From assembly GCA_026395055.1 (NCBI GenBank), contig JAPLZK010000001.1, forward strand, positions 17,527 through 81,526: a DNA stretch of 64,000 bases. Direction: 5' to 3'. Position 1 is the first letter of the stretch. The number at the start of each line of letters is the position of its first letter. The notes under the pieces are model-generated. The model saw only the letters and a program-made list of their open reading frames with translations, did not search any database and was not told the DNA's origin. The position numbers were made by a program, and so were the translations under genes. Below, one piece after another: positions 29,503 to 38,666 of the stretch. This DNA is from Candidatus Uhrbacteria bacterium. GTDB lineage: Bacteria; Patescibacteriota; Patescibacteriia; UBA9934; GWF2-40-263.

Positions 29503-30110
29503 AAAAGAAGAAAAAGTTGTTTGCGCGTTGATTCTGGATCCGTGTGCGTGATGGCTTGTCCACCGAGTTCTATAAAGAGATCTGTCGTGCTCTTTGTGTC
29601 GTCGATAAAAATCGTGTTTTCAATAGGAACTCCGAGAATATCGGCGACGTACTGGAAGAGCTTGCCATGTTCGTCTTGTTTAAGCAATCCATGATCCGCG
29701 GAATTGAAAATCTCATCGAAAAGCTGATCAAACTTCTGATACGGAACCGTGACTTCAGAAAAGATGTCCATATTGTCGGAAACGATCGCGATCTTGAATC
29801 CTTTTTCTTTGAGCTCGCGCGCGAGATCGATCATTTCGTCAATAATCTTCATTCGTTTCACACTCTCGATAAATAGTTGATCGAGAAGCAAGCGATCCAT
29901 TCCTGTTTCTCCCACGATCCGATCGTGAAGTATGCGCCAAGTTGTTTTGCCGCGCATCCAATCACGCACAAGCTCATGGTCACCAAAAATTGTTTGTGAA
30001 ATCCACTCACTCACTTCTTTATGATCAGGAAGTAAGGTCGATTCATAAAAATGGTCGTGTGAGAGCACATGATGAAAATCAAATAGAAAGGCACGCGCGT
30101 CTCGTTTCAT
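29499..30110 (-). CDS. HAD-superfamily hydrolase-like protein
   Basis: 203 aa; degenerate motif I (FLFDFHH), motif II (IAIVSDN), motif IV (FIDD). Confidence 0.45.
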   Translation of the reverse strand: MKRDARAFLFDFHHVLSHDHFYESTLLPDHKEVSEWISQTIFGDHELVRDWMRGKTTWRILHDRIVGETGMDRLLLDQLFIESVKRMKIIDEMIDLARELKEKGFKIAIVSDNMDIFSEVTVPYQKFDQLFDEIFNSADHGLLKQDEHGKLFQYVADILGVPIENTIFIDDTKSTTDLFIELGGQAITHTDPESTRKQLFLLL

Positions 30111-30160
30111 ATGAAAGCTATTCTATCGGCTCGACAAAGAACCGTCCAAAAAAACATCCG

Positions 30161-31141
30161 TTACGGATGTTTTTGTTCAATATGTTTATCGATAAGCGCA
30201 ATAGCTTGTGCGAGTCGCTCCTTCTTTGTTCCTCGAACAACCACGAATGTTCGCCCCGTCTCCGCGAGTCGCTCCTCGAAACGACTATGCATCCAATGGC
30301 GAATGTGTTCCCCATCGCGCGTTCCATCTTGAACGAATGGAATTTCATCGCCGGTTAAAATATAGAGATCATGTTTCATTGTATTGGCCAGTTTCTCGAC
30401 TGCGGACGATCGCGATTCCATGTAGCGCTCATGCCAGACAGATGTTGCGAATGCATCTGTGTCGCAGATCAACACTTTGTTACACACTTCCGCAAGCGCG
30501 TCTTCCATTTTATTTTGCATCTCCGCGATGTGCGTAAATTCTTCACTCGTCCAATTCGTTCCATTTGCATCAAACAACTTTCCTTCCGCATAGGATCGTC
30601 CATATTCCGGAACCCATGTTGTCTGATAATGCGCTGCAAGATCTTTTGCGAGTGTTGTGGTCCCCGTCGACTCAGCACCAAGGATCACGATACGTTTTGC
30701 GTAGTATCCTCGAATAGGTGGCGAGAGGAACTCCCATTGTGCAAGCGGATTTTCCCGAACACGTGTTCCAGAAATTGGCACCGCTTCACGTGGGTGATCT
30801 ACGCAAATGTGTTTGCATCCGAGTGCAGCAGCGTAGGGGTCACCGTAGTCTTCCGATGTGAACACCGCGTCTGGCGCGCCTCCCAGAATTTCTTTTGTGC
30901 GGCCCGCCCAAGCAACGGAGTCATCATCGTCGAGGTCATCGACCGTGACATGAACATGTGCAGAAGGAAATAATTTTTGTATCCATGATGCGCGCAATGA
31001 TGCGTGCGGCACCTGCCCCGGCTTGTCGCACACAATAACCGTGAGCTGTTCACACTGTGCGAGCGCAGTTTCAATAAGAAACTCATGTCCTTTGTGTGGC
31101 GGATAGAATTTTCCAACAACAACCCCTTGAGTAAATTTCAT
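30161..31141 (-). CDS. nadR: bifunctional NMN adenylyltransferase / ribosylnicotinamide kinase (NadR without HTH)
   Basis: HxGH nucleotidyltransferase motif (YPPHKGH) plus C-terminal Walker A (GAESTGTTT); start abuts the pnuC stop. Confidence 0.8.
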   Translation of the reverse strand: MKFTQGVVVGKFYPPHKGHEFLIETALAQCEQLTVIVCDKPGQVPHASLRASWIQKLFPSAHVHVTVDDLDDDDSVAWAGRTKEILGGAPDAVFTSEDYGDPYAAALGCKHICVDHPREAVPISGTRVRENPLAQWEFLSPPIRGYYAKRIVILGAESTGTTTLAKDLAAHYQTTWVPEYGRSYAEGKLFDANGTNWTSEEFTHIAEMQNKMEDALAEVCNKVLICDTDAFATSVWHERYMESRSSAVEKLANTMKHDLYILTGDEIPFVQDGTRDGEHIRHWMHSRFEERLAETGRTFVVVRGTKKERLAQAIALIDKHIEQKHP

Positions 31142-31142
31142 A

Positions 31143-31796
31143 TTATTTTTGTAAAGAGAGATGTTTTGCATGTGTGCGTTTCCACTCCACGAGTCCTCGA
31201 ACACACATAAGGAAGAAGATGGCGTAAAGAAATGCTGTGAGGTACAAATCTTTGATGATGTAGAGATACACATAGATCACATCCACACTCATCCAGATAT
31301 ACCAATTCTCCATGCGTTTCTTTGTGAGGAGATATTGTGCAACAAGACTCATGGCTGTTGTAAGAGCATCAAGGAACGGTGCCGCATCGTGTGCGTGCAC
31401 AAGAATCGCAAACTCTGCCCATGTTCCAAGCGCAAGAAGAATCGCGAGCCAAATCCATTCACGACGTGGGGCCTTTGAAATGGGAAGCTCCGTCTTTTTT
31501 GCTCCCCCATACAACCACCAATACCAACCAAGGATACCAAGAATGATATAGACAATTTGTAATGCGGCATCTGCAAACAAAGAAGACTGCCAAAAAAGAA
31601 TAAGGAAAAACGCACTGTTCGCAATGCCAATAGGCCAATTCCAAATATTCTCTTTAACGGTAAGCCACACACACCAAGCTCCGGTCACAAATCCCAGTGT
31701 TTCCGTAAAACTAAAGGGGAGTTTCTGAAAATACGCCGCTGCGCTTAATCCAAGCGACGCAAGGATTCCGAGTCCGTACACAATTTTGTTGAACAT
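31143..31796 (-). CDS. pnuC: nicotinamide riboside transporter PnuC
   Basis: 217 aa, 7-8 TM helices, PnuC-like WxxW-rich helices; sits upstream of nadR. Confidence 0.75.
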   Translation of the reverse strand: MFNKIVYGLGILASLGLSAAAYFQKLPFSFTETLGFVTGAWCVWLTVKENIWNWPIGIANSAFFLILFWQSSLFADAALQIVYIILGILGWYWWLYGGAKKTELPISKAPRREWIWLAILLALGTWAEFAILVHAHDAAPFLDALTTAMSLVAQYLLTKKRMENWYIWMSVDVIYVYLYIIKDLYLTAFLYAIFFLMCVRGLVEWKRTHAKHLSLQK

Positions 31797-31915
31797 AAGG
31801 TATAGTTAGTGTTACTGATACACAAACTATACAACAACCACAGATCGTGTCAAGTATACACAAACTAAGCCCCCTTTAAGACACAACATCTGATCTACGC
31901 TATAATTCCTTTATA

Positions 31916-32089
31916 TGATTAAACGCATTGCATTTTGGATCGGCATCATTATCGTTGTTGGTTCACACATTTCCATGCTCGTCATGGGAATGCCGGCCGC
32001 TCAAGTGATTCCCCACGCTGTCATAAACATCGTGGCAGCAGGACTCATGATCTTTGGAAGTATGTCTCTTGATAAATAATGCGGAGACA
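31916..32089 (+). CDS. possible small membrane protein (57 aa)
   Basis: Two TM helices; shorter than the track cutoff; followed by a strong terminator; no clear SD. Confidence 0.3.
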
Positions 32090-32092
32090 AAA

Positions 32093-32130
32093 ATAAAAAC
32101 ACTCCGTGCAATACGGAGTGTTTTTATTTT
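32093..32130. terminator. bidirectional terminator
   Basis: AAAAACACTCCGT-GCAATA-CGGAGTGTTTTT perfect hairpin. Confidence 0.65.
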
Positions 32131-32153
32131 CCTAGAATATATTGGATTTTAAT

Positions 32154-34685
32154 CTATGCCTGCAACGGAAGCTCAAACCAGAATGTACTTCCTTTTTTCT
32201 CTACAGATGAGAAACCGATTGTTCCTTTATGCATTTCTACATAATGTTTCGAAATGAATAAGCTGAGCCCTGACGCATCTGGTCTCATCAGAGCCGCATT
32301 CCATCCACGATGAAAACGTTCAAAAATATGCGCTTGTTCTGTTTCAGGGATACCGATTCCTGTATCGGAAATTTCGAAGCGAACGTTATCTTCTTTACGG
32401 AAAAGTTTTACCGTAATGTGCCCTCCTTCATTTGAATAGGCGATTGCATTATCTATCAAACGAACGATTACATCCCGAATTTTGATTGCATCGATGGAAA
32501 TCTCCGGAAGAGATTTATCTGGCGCGATAATCTCATAAGAAATATTCTTGAGGTGACAGGGCAATAACTTTTCTTCCGAAATGGATTTGTATAAATCTGC
32601 AATACTCACTTCATCTGTTTCTAAACGTATACGACCTTCTTCAATATCAATCGCCGCAAGCAAGTCTCCAATACGCTCAATGATTTGTGTATTGGCTGCA
32701 TAAGCTCCTTTGAGCGCTTCTTCTTGTGCAGGCGCAACATCACCGCGTTGTCGTTCAAGAATCGCTCCGATATTCCATCGAATGACCGTAAGCGGTGTAC
32801 GTAGTTGGTGAGAAACAATCTGAATGAAATTATTTTTGAGTTGATCAACTTCTTTTGTCCGTTCTTCAATTTTCTTTTTCAAACGTAGCGTCGCGATTCC
32901 AAAAGCAAGATCCGCTGCAAGCTCTTCTAAAACCTGAACTTCTTGTGAACCAAAAGAATCCAATTCACTAGAATAAATATTGAGAGCTCCAATTATTTGT
33001 TCTCCGCTTAAAAGCGGTAAAGCAATGGAGGTTTTATATCCACGATCAACCGCAGCTTGTCGCCAAGGGGTCATTTTTGGATCTGTTTGGATATCGCGAG
33101 CAATTTGCGTCTTCCCTGTTCGGATTGCAAGACCCGTTGGACCGCGACCATGCGCATCATCCGCCCATGTTATTTTTGTATATTTAAGGTAATCCGTTCC
33201 AAACCCCGCCTGTGCAACCGGACGTACTGTTTTATCTTTATCGTGTTCCGCAAACCCAATCCACATTAATCGATATCCCCCTGAACTGACAATGACTTCA
33301 GAGATCTTATCCAATAATGTTTTTTCATCTGTAACACGAATGAGTGCCTGATTATTTTCATTCAGCATGCGCAATGCGCGGTTCACGCGAACAAGTTCTT
33401 TATCTATCAACGCACGTTCAACACGAATTCGATGTGTGACAATCCCAAATGCAAGATCTCCCGCAAGCTCTTCAAGAATTTTAATTTCTTTTTCATTAAA
33501 CGCATTGATTTCATTCGAATAGATGGTGAGGGCACCAAGCATTTCCCCTTCACTTATAAGAGGCAAAGCAATCGAGGACTTGAGACCGTTTTTCAACGCA
33601 GATTTTTTCCATGGCAGCATCTTTGGATCATTCCCGATATCACTGGATATCTGCGTTTTTCCTGTTCGAATCGCCGTACCTGTTGGACCGTGACCATATT
33701 TTTCGTCCGCCCAAGTAATCTGAAGAGACTTGAGATACTCTACACCAGACCCAGCTTGCGCAACCGAACGCACTGTTTTTGTTTTATCTTGCTCAGCAAA
33801 TCCAACCCACGCCAAATGATACCCGCCTTCATCTGCTGCAATGCGACATGTCTCATTCAATAACATCTTCTCGTCTGCAGCACGAATCAGCGTTTGATTG
33901 ATACTGCTCACCATGTGTAATGCTCGATTGACACGAACGAGCTCTAATTCTGATTCCTTACGTTCTGTAATATTACGTGCGGTTGCGTACGTAATTCCGT
34001 CTTCCTTGTTATAATTAGCACGCCATGAAAGCCAGATAAAACTCCCATCTTTACAGATATATCGATTCTCAAAATTCAAGGAAGAACCTGTCTTTATTTG
34101 GTGCGCCATTTCATCACGCGTAGATTGTTTATCGTCAGGATGAATAAAATCAATAAAAGATTTTGAAAGGAGTTCTGCTTCAGAATATCCAAGCTCCTTT
34201 AGACATGTTGGGTTTACTCTTTTAAATGCCCCGTTTGGATCTGCAATCACCATGATGTCTGTAGATAAATTGAAGAACTTAAAAAACTGCTCACGCTCCA
34301 GATCAATACGCTTAAGCTCCGTAATATCTGTCCCAAAAAGCCGAAACATTGTTGTCTTAGGAACCTTCGTCAAGGTTTGTGTATAAAAATGTCCATTAAC
34401 AAAAACTTCACGTGTGAGGATATTTAAATAATTTTTGGGTGTCTTCTGAAAAAATTTTTCCAACCCTTTTAAAAAAGGATGTTCCATGCGGAACATGCCC
34501 ATGTCTGGAAACAACTGTTTTGCCGCAGAATTCATGTATTGAATATCTCCAGAAGCACTCAATTGAATAAGTGGATTTGGATTATACTCTGGAAAAGATG
34601 CAAGATCCGGAAAATTTTCTGTTATGGACTCATGAAACACGGCAGGAGTTTTCATAAATAGTTTCTTTAACATAACATGCAACAA
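32154..34685 (-). CDS. sensor histidine kinase with PAS and two tandem GAF domains
   Basis: 843 aa; N-terminal PAS, two near-duplicate GAF domains, HisKA H-box (SHQLRTPL), HATPase_c (DTGIGIPE); no response regulator adjacent. Confidence 0.85.
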   Translation of the reverse strand: MLHVMLKKLFMKTPAVFHESITENFPDLASFPEYNPNPLIQLSASGDIQYMNSAAKQLFPDMGMFRMEHPFLKGLEKFFQKTPKNYLNILTREVFVNGHFYTQTLTKVPKTTMFRLFGTDITELKRIDLEREQFFKFFNLSTDIMVIADPNGAFKRVNPTCLKELGYSEAELLSKSFIDFIHPDDKQSTRDEMAHQIKTGSSLNFENRYICKDGSFIWLSWRANYNKEDGITYATARNITERKESELELVRVNRALHMVSSINQTLIRAADEKMLLNETCRIAADEGGYHLAWVGFAEQDKTKTVRSVAQAGSGVEYLKSLQITWADEKYGHGPTGTAIRTGKTQISSDIGNDPKMLPWKKSALKNGLKSSIALPLISEGEMLGALTIYSNEINAFNEKEIKILEELAGDLAFGIVTHRIRVERALIDKELVRVNRALRMLNENNQALIRVTDEKTLLDKISEVIVSSGGYRLMWIGFAEHDKDKTVRPVAQAGFGTDYLKYTKITWADDAHGRGPTGLAIRTGKTQIARDIQTDPKMTPWRQAAVDRGYKTSIALPLLSGEQIIGALNIYSSELDSFGSQEVQVLEELAADLAFGIATLRLKKKIEERTKEVDQLKNNFIQIVSHQLRTPLTVIRWNIGAILERQRGDVAPAQEEALKGAYAANTQIIERIGDLLAAIDIEEGRIRLETDEVSIADLYKSISEEKLLPCHLKNISYEIIAPDKSLPEISIDAIKIRDVIVRLIDNAIAYSNEGGHITVKLFRKEDNVRFEISDTGIGIPETEQAHIFERFHRGWNAALMRPDASGLSLFISKHYVEMHKGTIGFSSVEKKGSTFWFELPLQA

Positions 34686-34781
34686 GGGAAAATAATCGAG
34701 CGATCCTTTTTATCGTATGAATAGTATATCAAAACATCCTCGATTCCTCGAGGATGTTTTGATAATCGACACGTCATCAAA

Positions 34782-35042
34782 TTACTTTTGAACTTTATTC
34801 CAAATCACAGCAAACGCATACCCAAATACATATCCAATTGCAGCTGTGACGAGAACGAGACCAGTAGCAAGAACAAAATCAAATGGGAGAATCTTGTAGA
34901 CCGGTGTGATTCTGTGGAGAATAAAAATAAAATCCATGAGTGGTTGCGCCACACCGAGCGCAATTAAAAAGGACCACAAGAGATGAAATAAACCAAGGGC
35001 GACACCAAACGAGACGCCCGTCTTATGTGGCTGTAACGTCAT
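34782..35042 (-). CDS. small membrane protein
   Basis: 86 aa, 3 TM helices. Confidence 0.4.
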   Translation of the reverse strand: MTLQPHKTGVSFGVALGLFHLLWSFLIALGVAQPLMDFIFILHRITPVYKILPFDFVLATGLVLVTAAIGYVFGYAFAVIWNKVQK

Positions 35043-35194
35043 AAAAATTCACTTAATAAATAAAAACTTAGAATTACAGATAGTTTATCACGAATCCTCT
35101 TGCGAGATAACTCACCATCTCGTCCCTTGATCTTTTTCTAAATGCATGATCAACTCTGTCTGTGATTACGCATAAATCACAAGGAGACCAAAAC

Positions 35195-35908
35195 ATGCGC
35201 CTTTCTCGAGTCGTTCTGACACGCGGCACTCAACAAGCCATTCTTCAAGGAATGATTCACGTTGGACCACAGAAACTGTACGACACGGTTCAAAAAGACA
35301 TGGATCAAGCGGCCCAGAGTGGCTACCAAGTTGTTTTTGAAGGTGTACGAAAAAGTTTGCCGGGAAAAATCGTTTTTTCCTCAAACGCAAAAAAAATCAA
35401 ACTGTTCCTTGAAACTCTTTTCAAACTCTACCCAGTCCTTGCTTCCACGTTTGGTGTCTCTACGCAAAAAATCAAATACCCCAAACGGGCGATCAATGCA
35501 GACACAGATCTTGATGACGTTGTGAAACGTCTCGATCGAAACAAATTTAGGTGTAATTTTCTTCTCTTCATCATCCAGATATTTTTCAAAATGGAATCCG
35601 AACGAACGGAAGAAGAAAAGAAAAAAGATGCAAAAGACTGGAAGACAGAGATGAATCGTTCAGACAAATCCCTCACAAGCAAATTCTTTGCCTGGCTGTT
35701 CTTTCGAAAAGCGATGCCCATTATCTTGGACTATCGAAACGAAGTTGCTGTACGGAAAATGCGCTCGTACGACCAATTCACAAAATCTACGCGCAACTAC
35801 TTCATCCTTTACGGAGATCGACACGTCAAAGGACTTGTACGCTTGCTCCAAAAAGAAGGGTGGGTTGTTGCAAAGACAACCTACACAGATCTCGCAGAAT
35901 TCATCTAG
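35195..35908 (+). CDS. TraB/GumN family protein
   Basis: AAGGAG SD upstream of MRLSRV; GMIHVG and YGDRHVKG blocks resemble the TraB/GumN family. Confidence 0.45.
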   Translation: MRLSRVVLTRGTQQAILQGMIHVGPQKLYDTVQKDMDQAAQSGYQVVFEGVRKSLPGKIVFSSNAKKIKLFLETLFKLYPVLASTFGVSTQKIKYPKRAINADTDLDDVVKRLDRNKFRCNFLLFIIQIFFKMESERTEEEKKKDAKDWKTEMNRSDKSLTSKFFAWLFFRKAMPIILDYRNEVAVRKMRSYDQFTKSTRNYFILYGDRHVKGLVRLLQKEGWVVAKTTYTDLAEFI

Positions 35909-35959
35909 TCTCACCCGTTCCATGAACGGGTTTTTTGTTTCAACATCTTTGATACATCG

Positions 35960-36000
35960 CCAAACAAAAAAATCGAATAGAAACATTCGATTTTTTTGTT
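35960..36000. terminator. bidirectional terminator (19-bp perfect stem)
   Basis: CCAAACAAAAAAATCGAAT-AGAAAC-ATTCGATTTTTTTGTTTGG. Confidence 0.65.
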
Positions 36001-36090
36001 TGGCGGAGAGGGAGGGATTTGAACCCTCGATACCCTTGCAGGCATACGTGATTTCGAGTCACGCGCATTCGACCACTCTGCCACCTCTCC
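36001..36090 (-). tRNA. tRNA-Ser (anticodon CGA), long variable arm, CCA encoded
   Basis: Reverse complement GGAGAGGTGGCAGAGTGGTCGAATGCGCGTGACTCGAAATCACG...GGTTCAAATCCCTCCCTCTCCGCCA. Confidence 0.85.
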
Positions 36091-36094
36091 ACGC

Positions 36095-36221
36095 GTAAAA
36101 CCTTCAAAATTGGCGACCTGCTTGCGCTTCGCAGAAAAAATATTTCGGAGTACTTTTTGGTACACCTCAATATTTTTTCCGCTCCAGCGCGGCGCATCTC
36201 ATCCAATTTTGAAGGTTTTAC
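36095..36221 (-). ncRNA. ~125-nt near-perfect extended hairpin abutting the tRNA-Ser 5' end (element copy B)
   Basis: Outer arms GTAAAACCTTCAAAATTGG / CCAATTTTGAAGGTTTTAC (perfect), inner arms AAAAAATATT / AATATTTTTT; arms 17/19 identical to the element at 2625-2750. Confidence 0.5.
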
Positions 36222-36313
36222 TCGACGAGAGGATAACACGCTAAAGTCGTCGTATCAAGCGTTGACAAAATCACTTTTCAATGATAAGAACTCTCTCACC
36301 CAGGAGGTGCTCT

Positions 36314-36910
36314 TTGAAACCAAGATACAAAACCATCGAGAAGATGTTACGCAAGGTTGATGAGCCAAATCGCTCTGCGTGTCTGAAAATTGTAGCAGAT
36401 CATCGCAAGCTGTTTCAGACTGTGCAAGGGTCGACGAATAACCATCAAGCGTGGCTTGGCGGATACTTCGATCATGTTCAGGAAATCATGAACATTGCGG
36501 TGCGGCAGTTCAAACTGTTGAATCGCCTGCGACCACTTCACTTTTCGCTTTCAGATCTTCTCCTCGTCGTGTTTCTGCATGATATCGAGAAGCCTTGGAA
36601 GTATGAACTGCGTGAGGATGGTGAACTGCACCACATCGCTTCCATGGAAACCAAGGAAGACCACCAACGCTTCCGTATGCAAAAACTCACGGAGTATGGG
36701 ATTCAGTTGTCGCCCGATCAAGAAAACGGCATCACGTATGCCGAGGGTGAAGTGAACAACTACTCCGCTCGCGAACGCCGCATGAGCCCGCTCGCCGCCG
36801 TCGCACACATGTGTGACGTGTGCAGCGCACGCGTCTGGTTTGATCACCCAATGACAGGAAATGATCCGTGGCCTGGCGCACGTCGCGTGCGTGACACAGG
36901 AGGTGTTTAA
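36314..36910 (+). CDS. HD domain phosphohydrolase-like protein
   Basis: FLHDIEKP HD motif; start set at TTG 5 nt after AGGAGGTG (track ORF starts at 36281). Confidence 0.55.
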   Translation: MKPRYKTIEKMLRKVDEPNRSACLKIVADHRKLFQTVQGSTNNHQAWLGGYFDHVQEIMNIAVRQFKLLNRLRPLHFSLSDLLLVVFLHDIEKPWKYELREDGELHHIASMETKEDHQRFRMQKLTEYGIQLSPDQENGITYAEGEVNNYSARERRMSPLAAVAHMCDVCSARVWFDHPMTGNDPWPGARRVRDTGGV

Positions 36911-37302
36911 TGGGATTCACCCTCGAAGCAAACATGTGTTACGGGATTCCTCTCGTATGGACCAGAGAAGATGCAGACGCGGTCAATACCGAAGTGGAAC
37001 GCGCCATGCGTGTCATCTATAAAAGCCAAAATCAACCACATAAAATCATTCTTGTCGATTTTGGTGACAAGCGAAAAGATTATGATCACGACGAAGACGA
37101 TCTCCGATGCGGATCGATTCTCGCCCCACGGGAATCCGTCACAAACGTCTTACATAACGGCGTTCACGAATTCGGACAAGCCTTTCCTGTTTTCGACGAG
37201 GCAATAAAAGAAAAATGGCAACAAGAACTCAGGGAGTTTTGCGATGAGATTGGCATCCCCTTCCGCGAACCCCAGTTCCTTCTCTCAGCCCACTACGGCT
37301 AA
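36910..37302 (+). CDS. hypothetical protein, translationally coupled to the HD gene
   Basis: 130 aa; TAATG stop/start overlap. Confidence 0.45.
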   Translation: MGFTLEANMCYGIPLVWTREDADAVNTEVERAMRVIYKSQNQPHKIILVDFGDKRKDYDHDEDDLRCGSILAPRESVTNVLHNGVHEFGQAFPVFDEAIKEKWQQELREFCDEIGIPFREPQFLLSAHYG

Positions 37303-37357
37303 TCCGTCATTAAAACGACGGATTTTTTGTTTCCTTGGTATACTGTTTTTATTGTTC

Positions 37358-37627
37358 ATGATCGAAAATCATATGTCCTACCTCAAGCGAGACTGGGATC
37401 CCCTCTCTAAAGAACGCCGTGCGGGATTACTCAGAGAAGTCATTACGTATTTTCGGTCGGCACACGACCAAGAAATTGGCATGCTTGCTGCGGAAGAAAT
37501 TCTGGATTTTTTTTTGCAGACCCTTGGAAGCGATCTGTATAAAAAAGCGATCAATGATACAAAAATGGTGATACGGCAGAATGCAGAGAACCTAGAAGTG
37601 GATTTGGATCTGCTCATCCATAAATAA
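37358..37627 (+). CDS. DUF2164-like protein
   Basis: EIGMLAAEEILDFFLQTLGSDLYKKAINDTK matches the DUF2164 core; start inferred at MIENHM. Confidence 0.45.
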   Translation: MIENHMSYLKRDWDPLSKERRAGLLREVITYFRSAHDQEIGMLAAEEILDFFLQTLGSDLYKKAINDTKMVIRQNAENLEVDLDLLIHK

Positions 37628-37629
37628 AC

Positions 37630-37662
37630 ATCCGATAAAATCGGATGTTTATTTTTTGTATG
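37630..37662 (+). terminator. rho-independent terminator
   Basis: AAACATCCGAT-AAA-ATCGGATGTTTATTTTTT. Confidence 0.65.
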
Positions 37663-37719
37663 CACCTGGTCGAACACACAGGCGCAGCTGTCACACCCCT
37701 ACGAACCCAACCCATTCCC

Positions 37720-37728
37720 TGTTATAAT
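37720..37728 (+). promoter_or_regulatory. extended -10 promoter (TGtTATAAT) 10 nt upstream of the galU ATG
   Basis: Perfect TGnTATAAT with no SD and a very short leader, implying a leaderless or near-leaderless mRNA. Confidence 0.4.
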
Positions 37729-37737
37729 GTTTTCACT

Positions 37738-38604
37738 ATGAAAATCCGAAAAGCGATTATTCCGGTTGCTGGAATGGGGACACGTTTCCTCCCCGCTGCA
37801 AAGGCGCAGCCAAAAGAAATGTTAGCCGTGGTTGATAAGCCGGTTATTCAATATATCGTAGAAGAAGCCGTCGCAAGTGGAATTGAGGAAATTATCTTCG
37901 TGACCGCTATTGGCAAACGCGCCATTGAGGATCACTTTGATCGCAACTTTGAACTTGAGTACCGATTAGAGCAAAAGAAAAAGATGGAAGCGCTCAAAGA
38001 AATTCAAAAGATTGGAAAACTCGCAAAGATCGCGTTCGTCCGCCAAACAAAACCACTTGGAGACGGGCATGCAATTCTCTCCGCCCTTCCCTTTGTCGAG
38101 AAACACGAGCCGGTCGCGATTTTGTTCGGCGATGACATCATCGACGGAAAAATTCCGGCCCTCAAACAATTGATTGATGTTTATAACGCATACGAGTCTC
38201 CTGTTATTGCTCTGCAAAAAGTTCCAAAGAAAGATGTTTCAAACTATGGCGTAATAGGTGGAAAGAAGATGAAAGATGGCTCATGGCAAATTGATCGCTT
38301 CGTTGAGAAGCCGTCCGTTGCAGAAGCTCCCTCAGATCTCATCGTCATTGGCCGATACATCATCACTCCAGAAATCATGGCCATGTTGCCAAAGGTTTCT
38401 GCGGGAAAAGATGGAGAAATTCGTCTTGCGGACGCATTCGCTGCGTATCTTGCGAGCGGAAAATCGCTTTATGGATGCCAGTTTGATGGCACACGCTATG
38501 ACTGCGGTTCTAAACTCGGATTTGTGAAGGCGCAAATTGAACTTGGACTGAAACACAAAGATATTGGCGCAGATCTGAAAAAATATTTGAAAACCTTAAC
38601 GTAA
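37738..38604 (+). CDS. galU: UTP-glucose-1-phosphate uridylyltransferase
   Basis: MKIRKAIIPVAGMGTRFLPAAKAQPKEML N-terminal signature; start at M32 of the track ORF. Confidence 0.9.
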   Translation: MKIRKAIIPVAGMGTRFLPAAKAQPKEMLAVVDKPVIQYIVEEAVASGIEEIIFVTAIGKRAIEDHFDRNFELEYRLEQKKKMEALKEIQKIGKLAKIAFVRQTKPLGDGHAILSALPFVEKHEPVAILFGDDIIDGKIPALKQLIDVYNAYESPVIALQKVPKKDVSNYGVIGGKKMKDGSWQIDRFVEKPSVAEAPSDLIVIGRYIITPEIMAMLPKVSAGKDGEIRLADAFAAYLASGKSLYGCQFDGTRYDCGSKLGFVKAQIELGLKHKDIGADLKKYLKTLT

Positions 38605-38666
38605 AAGATCGGTCGAGTTATAAAACAGCGTGTTTTATAACTCCATCTGCTTTTCTACTCCCCTAC

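Noticed and set aside
30371-30973. 200-aa plus-strand ORF and other ORFs antisense to nadR
   Set aside because: Opposite strand of a well-supported NadR gene; Cys/Arg-rich low-complexity translation.
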